NCBI GenBank assembly: GCA_003558145.1
Contig: PWMP01000226.1
Span: 1 to 26,280, forward strand
Direction of reading: 5' to 3'
DNA: 26,280 bases
Source of the DNA: Elusimicrobiota bacterium
Lineage (GTDB): Bacteria; CG03; SLGR01; PWQF01
Positions within the stretch are counted from its first letter, which is position 1, and every line of letters starts with the position of its first letter. Below, piece after piece: positions 1 to 9,118 of this stretch. The notes under the pieces were generated by a model. That model was given only the letters and a program-made list of their open reading frames with translations. It ran no database searches and had not been told where the DNA came from. A program made the position numbers and the translations under genes.

Positions 1-2
1 AC

Positions 3-560
3 AAAGGCAGTCTCGTAAATCCGGATGTCAGTTTGATATGCGGAATTTTGGGAGTCAAACTGAAAATATATGATTTGACCAGGCTGACAGCTATATTCTC
101 CGATCTGACGGGAGAAAGGGATCCGGTTCTTAAGGGCAACTTCGCGGCCAGGCTGCGCAACGCGTTTCTTTACCAGGAGGCGGCATCCCTGGATATGCTT
201 GTTCTAAACACCTCCAACAGGAGCGAAATAATGACTGGTTATTTCACCAAGTGGGGAGACCAGGCCGGAGATATCAGCCCTTTTGCGGATTACTATAAAA
301 GCGAAGTGCTTCAAATGGCGTCTATTCTGGGAGTCCCCGGTGAAATACTTTCAAAAGCCCCATCTCCGGATTTCTTTGAAGGGCAGACAGACAAGGAAGA
401 ACTCGGCATAAGCTACTCCGAATTGGACAAAACACTTGCGGTCATGGACCGGGGAGAGGAATGCAAAGCGGACAGCCGGAATCTTTTAAAGCTAAAGCGC
501 CTGATTGAAAAAAGCTCGCATAAGAGAAATTCTCCCTTAATGGCAAAGCGTCCTGAATAA
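3..560 (+). CDS. nadE: NH3-dependent NAD+ synthetase, 5'-partial (frame is open to the window edge)
   Basis: Motifs GNFAARLR, NTSNRSE, GYFTKWGD, PFADYYKSEV, KAPSPDFFEGQTDKEELGISYSELD. There is no stop upstream of the TTG at 33, so the true start is outside the window. Confidence 0.9.
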   Translation, partial: KGSLVNPDVSLICGILGVKLKIYDLTRLTAIFSDLTGERDPVLKGNFAARLRNAFLYQEAASLDMLVLNTSNRSEIMTGYFTKWGDQAGDISPFADYYKSEVLQMASILGVPGEILSKAPSPDFFEGQTDKEELGISYSELDKTLAVMDRGEECKADSRNLLKLKRLIEKSSHKRNSPLMAKRPE

Positions 561-566
561 AAGCAT

Positions 567-3137
567 TTAAGTAGTTTTTTTGTAAACGCAGGCAATCCTG
601 CGGGAGACTATATCGGAAACTACTTTCATTTCCAATCCGGATACGTCATATACTCCAACTACATTTTTAAAGTTTTCATATCCGGAAAGCATCTCCGTCA
701 GCCTGTTTTTTAGAGAGTCCAGCAGCTCTGTATCCGGCCCCCCTTCCCCGCTTCCTTCGCTGAGGCCGGTATAGAATATGTCGGTCTCTACAATGTCCTG
801 AAAAAAATGCGTGCCGAAAGAAAACTCCGGCATAAATCCCTTTTCGGGAAGGGATGTTTCTACAAGAAAGCTGAAATTATTTATTTCATAAAAATTTACG
901 CAGATTCCCAGCGACGGAGTTGTTGTTCCCCACCTGCCGGGACCTATAAGCATTGAAGGAGTATTTTTTTTATCTATCAGCCTGTTTATCTTTCCGGTAA
1001 TACGAGCTGTTTCATGTTTATCCCTCCGGCTTAAGGGGATATATTCCTGAGCGTTTATGTGAACTATCTTTTTTACCGGAAGGCAAACATTTCCGCCTAT
1101 AAAGTTGCCCGAGGATTTGAAAAAAACATTCATATTTTCCGAAGCCGATTCAATGGATATCCTTTTTCCGGCCCTCTTTGTCTGAAGCGGCCTGCACTGC
1201 AGCAGGTTTATTTTCGCTTCGCCCTTCCCGCAAAAGTTAACTGTAAACTCTATTTCCACAGGGTAGCTGTAGGCCTTCTGAAGGGTTTTAAGTATTTTTC
1301 TAAAATCCGATATTATTTTTTTGTCTTCAATTATGCCGTCAAGCGTGGGGACCCTGTAATCATCTCCGGATGAGCCGTAGCTGGTTGAGGCCACAAGATT
1401 CAAGGCTATGCCCCCCGCCTGCTCAATAAGATCCATAAAGGGCACCGTTGAAAGGGCATTCTCCTGGGTGCTTATGACATCTACGCTGCGCTGAGAGTAT
1501 CTTGGAATATCATCCTGCGCATAGGGACGTATCCGGGGGTCGTCAAGGGCCGCCATCCTCGGATAGTCTCCCTCCACCCGGTTGACCGCCCTGGTACCAA
1601 GCCCGAAGACAATCCTAAGCATTCCCGCCTCCGGAGAAAGTTTTTTGTTCCATACATAGCTGTTATGGGAGAAGCCAACCCCGCCGGCAACTGGAAAAAA
1701 ATATTTTCTGTGATGAGAACCCGAAACCCGCTGGACCAGCAGTGCCATCTGCTCACGCGAGTTATGCAGGTTTTTCATCTTCCTGTAAGTGAGGGCATCA
1801 CGGCTCATTGTACTGGCGTAGACTTTTCTAACCGCATTTTCAAAAGCCTCGTACCTCTGGGAGGGGGTTCCCCGGCTGGCGCAGAAAACGCTCTCGTACT
1901 TGCCGGCAAAGGCGTTGCCGAAGGCATCTTCCAGCAGTGAACTTGACCTTATAATTACCGGAGACGCCCCGAAATATTCTACAATCTGCTGAAACTGTTC
2001 CCTTACCTCTTCGGGAAAACGCCCTTTCTTGTAATTTTTCTTAAGTTCTTCAGCGGCAGAGAAATAAGAGGAGGGGTCTTTCTGTTTAAGGTAAAGTTTC
2101 CAGAGCCCGTTCTCAACGGTATATGAATTAAAAATGTCTGAACCAATGAAAAAGGAATCGTGGGGTTCATTTAAACTTTCCCAGTCCAATTCCCCATCTG
2201 ACGAGAGTATTTTTCTTGCAAGAAGCATACCCGCCGCCTTTCCTCCTATTAAACCGGTGCCGGTCAGACGGTATTTAATCTCAAGCAGGTCTTTTAAACT
2301 GAAATATTTTTTGGCAAGTTTAAGCATCCTTGGATTTTCGGTTATCATTATCCTGCAGAGCCGGTCAGTCATATTCCGGGTCTCTTTTTCATTCCCTTTT
2401 GAGCCTGAAAGTTCCTGGGCCTGCATAAAGAGCCTGTCCCAGTAATCCAGGTTTCTTTTTACCGGAGCGCTTTCCCTGCTGCGGACTCTTGAAAATATCT
2501 CAACGGTTTTAATGCTGTCGGTGACCGGCTCAAAAACCTTATCTATGCGAAGGTGGGGAAGGAACATCGTATGTGAATACCTGTTTTCGGCTTTAAGGGG
2601 ATGCACATATACAGAGCCGTCAACCCGGTATATATCAGCAAGAACCTGGGTTGTTTTGCGTATCCTCGCCACCGCCTTGTGGGAATGGCTGGTTCTCATT
2701 ATGGAGAAATAGGCGATTGTATCCAGTTCAAAGAGGCGGGGGCAGGTAACCATAAAAAAATTACTTATCATAAGGTCGGTGGCCCAGGCCGTGAGAAGTT
2801 CCGAAAGAGAGTCAAAAACATAATAGACTCCCCGGCCGAGCCGTTCTATAACAGCGCTGACCATTAATGTAAAGGATTCAAAACCCTCTGCCGGGTCAAA
2901 GGTGAATGTCTCTACTCCTTTTAGATTTTCCAGAAGGGCGGAATGTGAGGCAAAACGGAAATAAACAATCTTTTTCTTGTTCTTTAATGCTTCCGAAACA
3001 AAGGATCGGACGAGATAAGCGTAATCCTCAATATCGTCTATCTGCCATACGACATTATCGCCTATTCTCAGCCCGTCAATTACTTCGTCAAGCCCCGGTA
3101 CCCCTGTCCCGGAAACTTTTATTTTATTTTCCGCCAA
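567..3137 (-). CDS. PEP/pyruvate-binding (PPDK_N ATP-grasp) domain protein with an N-terminal degenerate KaiC/RecA-like domain and a C-terminal putative phospho-His domain; orphan dikinase-like
   Basis: ATP-grasp motifs IGGKAAG, IIRSSSLLEDAFGNAFAGKYES, MALLVQRV, FGLGTRAV, EIEFT, LLQCRP. N-terminus TGVPGLDEV has no Walker A. C-terminal SFGTHFFQ (His777). TTG start with AGGAG 7 nt upstream. Confidence 0.8.
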   Translation of the reverse strand: MAENKIKVSGTGVPGLDEVIDGLRIGDNVVWQIDDIEDYAYLVRSFVSEALKNKKKIVYFRFASHSALLENLKGVETFTFDPAEGFESFTLMVSAVIERLGRGVYYVFDSLSELLTAWATDLMISNFFMVTCPRLFELDTIAYFSIMRTSHSHKAVARIRKTTQVLADIYRVDGSVYVHPLKAENRYSHTMFLPHLRIDKVFEPVTDSIKTVEIFSRVRSRESAPVKRNLDYWDRLFMQAQELSGSKGNEKETRNMTDRLCRIMITENPRMLKLAKKYFSLKDLLEIKYRLTGTGLIGGKAAGMLLARKILSSDGELDWESLNEPHDSFFIGSDIFNSYTVENGLWKLYLKQKDPSSYFSAAEELKKNYKKGRFPEEVREQFQQIVEYFGASPVIIRSSSLLEDAFGNAFAGKYESVFCASRGTPSQRYEAFENAVRKVYASTMSRDALTYRKMKNLHNSREQMALLVQRVSGSHHRKYFFPVAGGVGFSHNSYVWNKKLSPEAGMLRIVFGLGTRAVNRVEGDYPRMAALDDPRIRPYAQDDIPRYSQRSVDVISTQENALSTVPFMDLIEQAGGIALNLVASTSYGSSGDDYRVPTLDGIIEDKKIISDFRKILKTLQKAYSYPVEIEFTVNFCGKGEAKINLLQCRPLQTKRAGKRISIESASENMNVFFKSSGNFIGGNVCLPVKKIVHINAQEYIPLSRRDKHETARITGKINRLIDKKNTPSMLIGPGRWGTTTPSLGICVNFYEINNFSFLVETSLPEKGFMPEFSFGTHFFQDIVETDIFYTGLSEGSGEGGPDTELLDSLKNRLTEMLSGYENFKNVVGVYDVSGLEMKVVSDIVSRRIACVYKKTT

Positions 3138-3149
3138 AAAGACTCTCCT

Positions 3150-4181
3150 TTAAACCCGGAAAGATTCCAGCCTTTCTATCACTTCTTCAAAAGCGGGAAC
3201 ATCGAAAAAGCTGCGTCCTGTCAGGGAGTTGCAGAAAGACTTGTATACCCATGATACCGTTTCCATAAGTTCCTGCGGAACATCGGGGGGTTGATTGGAA
3301 ACAAGTTTTTTCCATTCCTTTTCTCCGCCGGCCGAGGCTTTTTTCACGTCCCGGTACCAGGATGTTTTTCTGTAGAACTTTCTCATTATTTCCTTGCTCA
3401 CGGATATCCCGTTAAGGCTTTTGTAAACAAAGCGGCATTCATCGGGAGTTCCCGTCACGTCAACCACTATTATCCGCCCTTTCTCGTCCAGTGCAAACTC
3501 GAGCTTGCCGTCAACATTAACAAGCTTTAAACGGGAAACTTCCGCGCTGATCAGATCATTGGCTTTAAGAATAAGCGACTTTACCTTTTCTATCATATCA
3601 TCCGAAAGATCGGATATCTCCTGCGCTTCATCCCAGTCCATATACCTGTCTTTTGATTCCAGCTTGGTGGATACGTCCACCAGGGGGCTTTCTATGACGG
3701 TTCCGGGAGCTGGAATCTGGTCAAAACCGATATCAGCAGGTTTAAGAGAACCCTCTTCTATACGGGAAAATACGCTGGAACCTTCAGGAAGAGCGTTACG
3801 GTATATTATTTCCAGGGGAAGAAGAAAGTTGGTTTTTTCTTTTTTGTACAAGGAGTAATCATAACTGCCTCTTTCAAAAGGCGGTTTAAGCACCCTGACC
3901 AGGTCAACCTCCATTACGTTAGAAGGGCTATTAAGCCGGGCAAGGGTCTTTATTTCGCCGTCCTCTTCAAGCCCGCGGTAATGGCTGGATATATCCATTT
4001 CCTTCATCCTTTCGAAGAAATAAGCCCCTACCATACACAGGGCCGCACCTTTGCCTTCTATATGCTGCGGCATTTCACCCCAGTCAAAAACGGAATACCT
4101 GTCAGAAAAACTAAAGAGGCCTTTACCTCTGCTGTCCCTGGCGGCCGGCTCTATTACTCTTAAATCCTTCACGCTTCCCAT
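3150..4181 (-). CDS. purC: SAICAR synthetase, long archaeal-type form
   Basis: MGSVKDL start, FSDRYSVFDWGEMP, KGAALC, PLEIIYRN, DVSTKLE, LVNVDGKLEFA, VDVTGTPDECRF, SKE; located in a pur cluster; AGGAGG RBS. Confidence 0.92.
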   Translation of the reverse strand: MGSVKDLRVIEPAARDSRGKGLFSFSDRYSVFDWGEMPQHIEGKGAALCMVGAYFFERMKEMDISSHYRGLEEDGEIKTLARLNSPSNVMEVDLVRVLKPPFERGSYDYSLYKKEKTNFLLPLEIIYRNALPEGSSVFSRIEEGSLKPADIGFDQIPAPGTVIESPLVDVSTKLESKDRYMDWDEAQEISDLSDDMIEKVKSLILKANDLISAEVSRLKLVNVDGKLEFALDEKGRIIVVDVTGTPDECRFVYKSLNGISVSKEIMRKFYRKTSWYRDVKKASAGGEKEWKKLVSNQPPDVPQELMETVSWVYKSFCNSLTGRSFFDVPAFEEVIERLESFRV

Positions 4182-4231
4182 TGTTCATCCTCCTTTTCTT
4201 CTTCTACTTCAAGTTTTCTCTTTTTATTATA

Positions 4232-5563
4232 TTACAGAGGGTATTTACCGCTGAAACACGAAAAACAGTACCCGTCCCCCCGGCAGGCCTTTTCAAGGCC
4301 TTGCCTTGAAAGATAGTACAGGCTTTTTACCTTAAGAAATTTTCTTATATCCTCCGCGCTCTTTTTGCTTGCTATAAGTTTCTTTTTATCAGGGGTGTCT
4401 ATACCATAATAACAGGAAAACTTTATAGGCGGAGAGGATATACGCATATGGATTTCCTTTGCCCCCGCTTTTTTTATCATATCAACCAGTTTTTTGGATG
4501 TGGTCCCCCGGACGATTGAATCGTCAACCATTACTACCCTCTTCCCCCTGACCGCAGTTCTTATGGGAGTATGCTTGATTCTTACTCCCAGGTCCCTTAT
4601 CTCCTGGTGAGGGGCAATAAATGTCCTGCCTATGTAGTGGTTGCGCAGCAGCCCGAATTCCAGGGGAATGCCGCTCTGGCGCGCGTATCCCAGGGCCTGT
4701 ATGTTGGCAGAATCCGGAATAGGCATAACTATATCGGCTTCAACCGGTGCCTCCATAGCAAGATTACGGCCCATATTCAGCCTTGATTCATAAACGCTTT
4801 GCCCGAAAACAAAGGAATCCGGCCGGGAAAAATAAATAAGCTCGAATATACACCGGCATTTTTCGGCTTTTTCAAGAAAGAAGCTTTCCACTCCTTTTCT
4901 GCTGACTTTTACTATTTCTCCGGGTTTCAGTTCTCTCTCAAAGCGCGCGTCTTCTATGTCAAAAGCGCAACTTTCCGAAGCGAATATGACCGCTCTTGAT
5001 TTTCTGCCCATTACCAGCGGGCGAAATCCCATCGCATCCCGGACCGCGTAGAGCTCACCCGGAAAAAGAACAAGCAGCGAAAAAGCCCCCTTAATCCTGT
5101 TCAGCACCTTTCTAAGCCTTTCCGGCCTGGATCCTTTCTGCCGGGTGTACATCTTAAGGATAAGTTCACTGTCGGTTTCGGTTGTAAAAATAACCCCGTC
5201 ATCTTCAAACTTTTTTCTAAGTTCCCTGGATCGGTGTATGGTACCGTTGTGGGCAATGGCAATGGGTATGTCCCTGTGCCGCACAAGTATGGGCTGTATG
5301 TTTTCCGGCGTGCTTTCTCCCGATGTGGAATAACGAACATGACCGATTGCGCTTGTCCCTTTTATCCCTTCTATGTCCTTCGCGGAAAAAACCTCGCTTA
5401 CCAGTCCCATTCCCTTTCTGGAATGAAATTCTCCCCTATCGTCAACCACAAGGCCGGCGCTTTCCTGCCCCCTGTGCTGCAGGGAAAAAAGCCCCAGTCG
5501 GCTAAGCCGGCCTGCGGACTTATGGCCGAATACCCCGAATATGCCGCAGTATTCTTTAGGCAT
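4232..5563 (-). CDS. purF: Amidophosphoribosyltransferase (4Fe-4S type)
   Basis: Ntn Cys in CGIFG, QHRGQESAG, GHVRYST, AHNG, PRPP loop VMVDDSIVRGTT, four cluster Cys (CIFE, SCYYG, CFSC). Confidence 0.97.
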   Translation of the reverse strand: MPKEYCGIFGVFGHKSAGRLSRLGLFSLQHRGQESAGLVVDDRGEFHSRKGMGLVSEVFSAKDIEGIKGTSAIGHVRYSTSGESTPENIQPILVRHRDIPIAIAHNGTIHRSRELRKKFEDDGVIFTTETDSELILKMYTRQKGSRPERLRKVLNRIKGAFSLLVLFPGELYAVRDAMGFRPLVMGRKSRAVIFASESCAFDIEDARFERELKPGEIVKVSRKGVESFFLEKAEKCRCIFELIYFSRPDSFVFGQSVYESRLNMGRNLAMEAPVEADIVMPIPDSANIQALGYARQSGIPLEFGLLRNHYIGRTFIAPHQEIRDLGVRIKHTPIRTAVRGKRVVMVDDSIVRGTTSKKLVDMIKKAGAKEIHMRISSPPIKFSCYYGIDTPDKKKLIASKKSAEDIRKFLKVKSLYYLSRQGLEKACRGDGYCFSCFSGKYPL

Positions 5564-6278
5564 TTTTCACTATGTTCCTGTATATTTTCATACCCCAGGC
5601 ATCCTGCTTTTCCCTGAACAATTCAGGATACTGGTATCCAAATAAATACCTTTCGGGGTGCGGCATAAGCCCCAGTACGTTGCCCTGCCTGTTTACAATT
5701 CCCGCTATGTCCATGCATGAACCGTTGGGGTTATCCAGGTATTTAACTGCTATCTGCCCCTGTCCGCTTATATTTTCCAGAATATCTTTATCTCCGCTAA
5801 ACTTTCCCTCGGCGTGGGCTATGGGGAGTTTTATACGCCGGTCCAGTCCGCTGAACCAGAATTTGCCCGTATCAACTTCCAGCTCCGTCCATCGGCACAC
5901 AAAAGTTCCGCAGTCGTTAGACGTGAGACTAAGCCGCTGCAGGCTGCCTAATTCAGGAAAGACATTTGTTTTTACCAGTACCTGAAACCCGTTGCATATC
6001 CCTACTACAAGCTTCCCTTTTTTAATGAATTTTTCGAAACTTTCTTTAAATCGGTGTTTTAAAAAAAGAGAAAAAACTTTTCCGCCGCCCAGCTCATCTC
6101 CGTAGGAAAAACCTCCGGGGATGGCCATTATGGCAAAATCGTCCAGCTTTACTTCACCCGAGGCTATCCTGTTTATATGGACAATGCTCGGCTGCGCCCC
6201 TGCCCGTTTCAGGGCAAAGCGGGTCTCGCAGTCATTGTTGGTGCCCGGCGCCTTGAGTACAATCGCCTTTTTTACCAT
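5556..6278 (-). CDS. purQ: FGAM synthase glutaminase subunit
   Basis: PGTNND, PGGFSYGD, GICNGFQ, AHAEG, GLMPHPER. Confidence 0.96.
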   Translation of the reverse strand: MVKKAIVLKAPGTNNDCETRFALKRAGAQPSIVHINRIASGEVKLDDFAIMAIPGGFSYGDELGGGKVFSLFLKHRFKESFEKFIKKGKLVVGICNGFQVLVKTNVFPELGSLQRLSLTSNDCGTFVCRWTELEVDTGKFWFSGLDRRIKLPIAHAEGKFSGDKDILENISGQGQIAVKYLDNPNGSCMDIAGIVNRQGNVLGLMPHPERYLFGYQYPELFREKQDAWGMKIYRNIVKNA

Positions 6279-8626
6279 TTCAGCGACCCTCTATAAATTT
6301 CTTTAAATTTATCCGACTTTTCTTTCATAAGCGTATTGTTTCCGTCTCTTATGTTAAGAATTCCTCCGGCGGCCGTTTTGCCTATCAGCTTCAGCGGCAC
6401 ATCCATAAGAGATTCAACCCTGCGGGCATTTTCCGCTTTAACTTCTATTAAAAAACGGGAATTGCTCTCTGAAAAAAGCTTTAGCAGCTTTGAGGATTCA
6501 TCCGCTCTTTCCTTCAGCTCCACAGGTGATATGTCTATTTCGGCCCCTATTCCCGAAAAACACATTTCGGCGGCGGCAAGCGCCAGTCCTCCTTCGCTGA
6601 GATCATGGCAGCTTTCAAGCAGTCCGGATCTGATGCAACGCCTGATAAACTCAAGTATTTTAGGCGAAAGTCCCTCCCGCAGAAGCGGGGGCCGTGAGCC
6701 GCTGCAAAAAGAAGTCCTTGCAAGCATTGACTGTCCCATCTCGCAGAAAGTTTCTCCCGCAAGGTATATATAATTAGCGGGGGAGCTGAAAGCGCTGCGG
6801 CAGCTTAAAGCCACGTCCTCAACAGGCGCCACACAGCTAACAAGCAGCGTCCCGGGAATATTTATTTTTACTCCGGCGGCGGCCGTATAGAAATTATTAA
6901 GGCTGTCTTTTCCGGATATAAACGGTATTTTAAGCATCCTGCTGGCGTCGCCGCATCCCTTGCAGGCCCGGACAAGTTCTCCCAATATACGGCTGTCGGA
7001 GGTATCTCCCCAGCAGAAATTGTCCATCAGGGCGGCTCTCCTTATATCCCCGCCGCAGGATACGGCGTTTCTGACTGCCTCCTCGCTGACGCTTAAGGCC
7101 ATACGGTAGGGATCCTGTTTGCCGTAGAAGGGGTTGATCCCGAGCCCCACTGCAATACCGGCGCTGTTTTCAAGCATCGGGCGTATAACGCACCCGTCCT
7201 GGGGCTGGTCCTGTTTTATCCCTTCCAGCGGCCTTATCACCGCGCTACCCTGCACCTCGTGATCGTACTGACGGACAACTTTTTCCTTGGAAGCAACGTT
7301 GGGATCTGCAAAAATTTTAGAAAGTATCTCTGCCGGGTCCGCCTGTTTAACCGATAATTTATCCGGGCTCTTGTCTTCCCATACCCCCCGGCGCACGATA
7401 CCGGGATAACCGCAGTGAAGAAAATCCATATCCAGTTCTGCCTGAACCGCATTGTTATAAAAGATCTTTAAACTGTCTCCTCCGAAAGTGCCTATGCACG
7501 CATACTCTACGTCTTCGCTTTCAAGCAGTAAAGCTGCCCTTTCCAGTTTATCGGCAGGGACGCTCAGCACCATTCTCTCCTGCGATTCCGAAAGGAATAT
7601 TTCCCAGGCCTCCATTCCCTGCTGCTTAAGCGGGACTTTCTCAAGATTTACGACGGCGCCTGTTTCCCTTGCCATTTCTCCCACGGCTGAAGACAAACCT
7701 CCGGCGCCGCAGTCAGTTACGGAGCTGTAAAGTCCTGCGTCCCTAAGCTTTAAAAGTATGTCGGAAAACTTTTTCTCGGTTATGGGGTCTCCTATCTGCA
7801 CACAGGCCGAATCAGCTTCATCATCCAGTCCCGCAGAGGAAAAAGTCGCGCCGTGAAGCCCGTCCCGGCCGGTTTTTCCTCCTATTACAAGTATAAGGTC
7901 TCCGCCTTTTACTTTTTTATTTACGAATTTTTCCGGAATAATTCCTATGGTTCCGCAGTAAACCAGCGGGTTATAGGTATAGCCCCGGTCAAAAACTATG
8001 GCCCCGCTTGATGTGGGTATCCCCATCCGGTTAGAATAATCCCTGACTCCTTTTACCACTCCCCTGAATACCCTCATAGGGTGGAGGACTCCCGGGGGTA
8101 TTTCACAGTGCGGGGTATCCTGCAGGCCGAAACAGAAAACGTCAAGGTTAAGAACCGGTTTGGCTCCAAGCCCCGCTCCCAGGATATCCCTTATTACGCC
8201 GCCCGCTCCGGTTGAAGCGCCTCCGTAGGGTTCTATGGCCGATGGATGATTGTGGGTTTCAGCCTTAATTGCTATGCCCCATCCGGCAGTAAAACTTATA
8301 ATACCCGCATTGTCCTTGAATATGCTGAGGCAATGAGATGTGTCCATCTCTTCAATAGCTTCAAAAACTGTCTCCTTAAGAAGGTTGCCGTAAAGCTTTT
8401 TTTCGCAGTTTTCCGTGTAATCAACGCTGCCGGTCATGGTTTTGTGTTTACAGTGCTCGCTCCAGGTCTGGGCTATGCATTCAAGTTCCAGCCGGGACGG
8501 CTGCCTTTTTTTCCGGCTGAAGTACTCTCTCACTGTTTCCATTTCCTCGAGTGTCAGTGAAAGAAGATATTCCCTGGAAAGCTTTTCCAGTTCGCCAGCA
8601 GACATTTTAATTAAATCAACTCTCAT
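6272..8626 (-). CDS. purL: FGAM synthase synthetase subunit (small-type PurL)
   Basis: QTWSEHCKHK, KAETHNHPSAIEPYGGASTG, TGRDGLHGATFSS, DCGAGGLSSA, SESQERM, QYDHEV, SGKDSLNN, HDLSEGG. Confidence 0.96.
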   Translation of the reverse strand: MRVDLIKMSAGELEKLSREYLLSLTLEEMETVREYFSRKKRQPSRLELECIAQTWSEHCKHKTMTGSVDYTENCEKKLYGNLLKETVFEAIEEMDTSHCLSIFKDNAGIISFTAGWGIAIKAETHNHPSAIEPYGGASTGAGGVIRDILGAGLGAKPVLNLDVFCFGLQDTPHCEIPPGVLHPMRVFRGVVKGVRDYSNRMGIPTSSGAIVFDRGYTYNPLVYCGTIGIIPEKFVNKKVKGGDLILVIGGKTGRDGLHGATFSSAGLDDEADSACVQIGDPITEKKFSDILLKLRDAGLYSSVTDCGAGGLSSAVGEMARETGAVVNLEKVPLKQQGMEAWEIFLSESQERMVLSVPADKLERAALLLESEDVEYACIGTFGGDSLKIFYNNAVQAELDMDFLHCGYPGIVRRGVWEDKSPDKLSVKQADPAEILSKIFADPNVASKEKVVRQYDHEVQGSAVIRPLEGIKQDQPQDGCVIRPMLENSAGIAVGLGINPFYGKQDPYRMALSVSEEAVRNAVSCGGDIRRAALMDNFCWGDTSDSRILGELVRACKGCGDASRMLKIPFISGKDSLNNFYTAAAGVKINIPGTLLVSCVAPVEDVALSCRSAFSSPANYIYLAGETFCEMGQSMLARTSFCSGSRPPLLREGLSPKILEFIRRCIRSGLLESCHDLSEGGLALAAAEMCFSGIGAEIDISPVELKERADESSKLLKLFSESNSRFLIEVKAENARRVESLMDVPLKLIGKTAAGGILNIRDGNNTLMKEKSDKFKEIYRGSLKW

Positions 8627-8631
8627 TTTCC

Positions 8632-9114
8632 TTAAATTCCGCAGCTGGTGTATACTGCCTCCTGTATTACTTTATTAAACAGAAGTTTTTGGGCTATGTA
8701 CCGGCATCTTTTATCATCAACGCCCCCGGGGGCGTTGATGATATACCGGCTGCCGCTGGATACATTTTCAAGCCCTTCGTCAAGCCCGGCGTAAGCGGAA
8801 GCCTCAACGGCCCGGCGGCCCGTTATATCAAGAACTCCTTTTTTGAAATATACTTCAACCGAAAGGCCCCGGATATTCCTTAGCTCCAGGGAATATTCTT
8901 CAACTACAGGATCGGCCAGTATCTCCCGGCTTATTTGCCTTAACCTCTTTTCCGCGGGGACGGGAAGAGTGTTTTCATCAAATTCAATAATGTAAAGCCT
9001 TGAAAAGGATACCCTGTAGCCTTCAGTTATCCCCAGTTCTTTTATTTCACAGCTAAGCTCCCTGCTTTCAGGGCACGAATCTTTTCGGTATACCTCTACA
9101 GTCCTGCGGATCAT
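8632..9114 (-). CDS. purS: FGAM synthase PurS subunit, two tandem PurS domains in one chain
   Basis: 160 aa, twice a normal PurS. Two repeats: VEV...LADPVVEEY and VEVYFKKGVLDITG...LLFNKVIQE. Sits directly upstream of purL. Confidence 0.8.
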   Translation of the reverse strand: MIRRTVEVYRKDSCPESRELSCEIKELGITEGYRVSFSRLYIIEFDENTLPVPAEKRLRQISREILADPVVEEYSLELRNIRGLSVEVYFKKGVLDITGRRAVEASAYAGLDEGLENVSSGSRYIINAPGGVDDKRCRYIAQKLLFNKVIQEAVYTSCGI

Positions 9115-9118
9115 AGGG

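Noticed and set aside
567-3137. Calling this gene ppsA/ppdK or kaiC
   Set aside because: It has no C-terminal PEP/pyruvate-binding domain. The KaiC-like part is single and lacks Walker A, and no kaiB is in the window.
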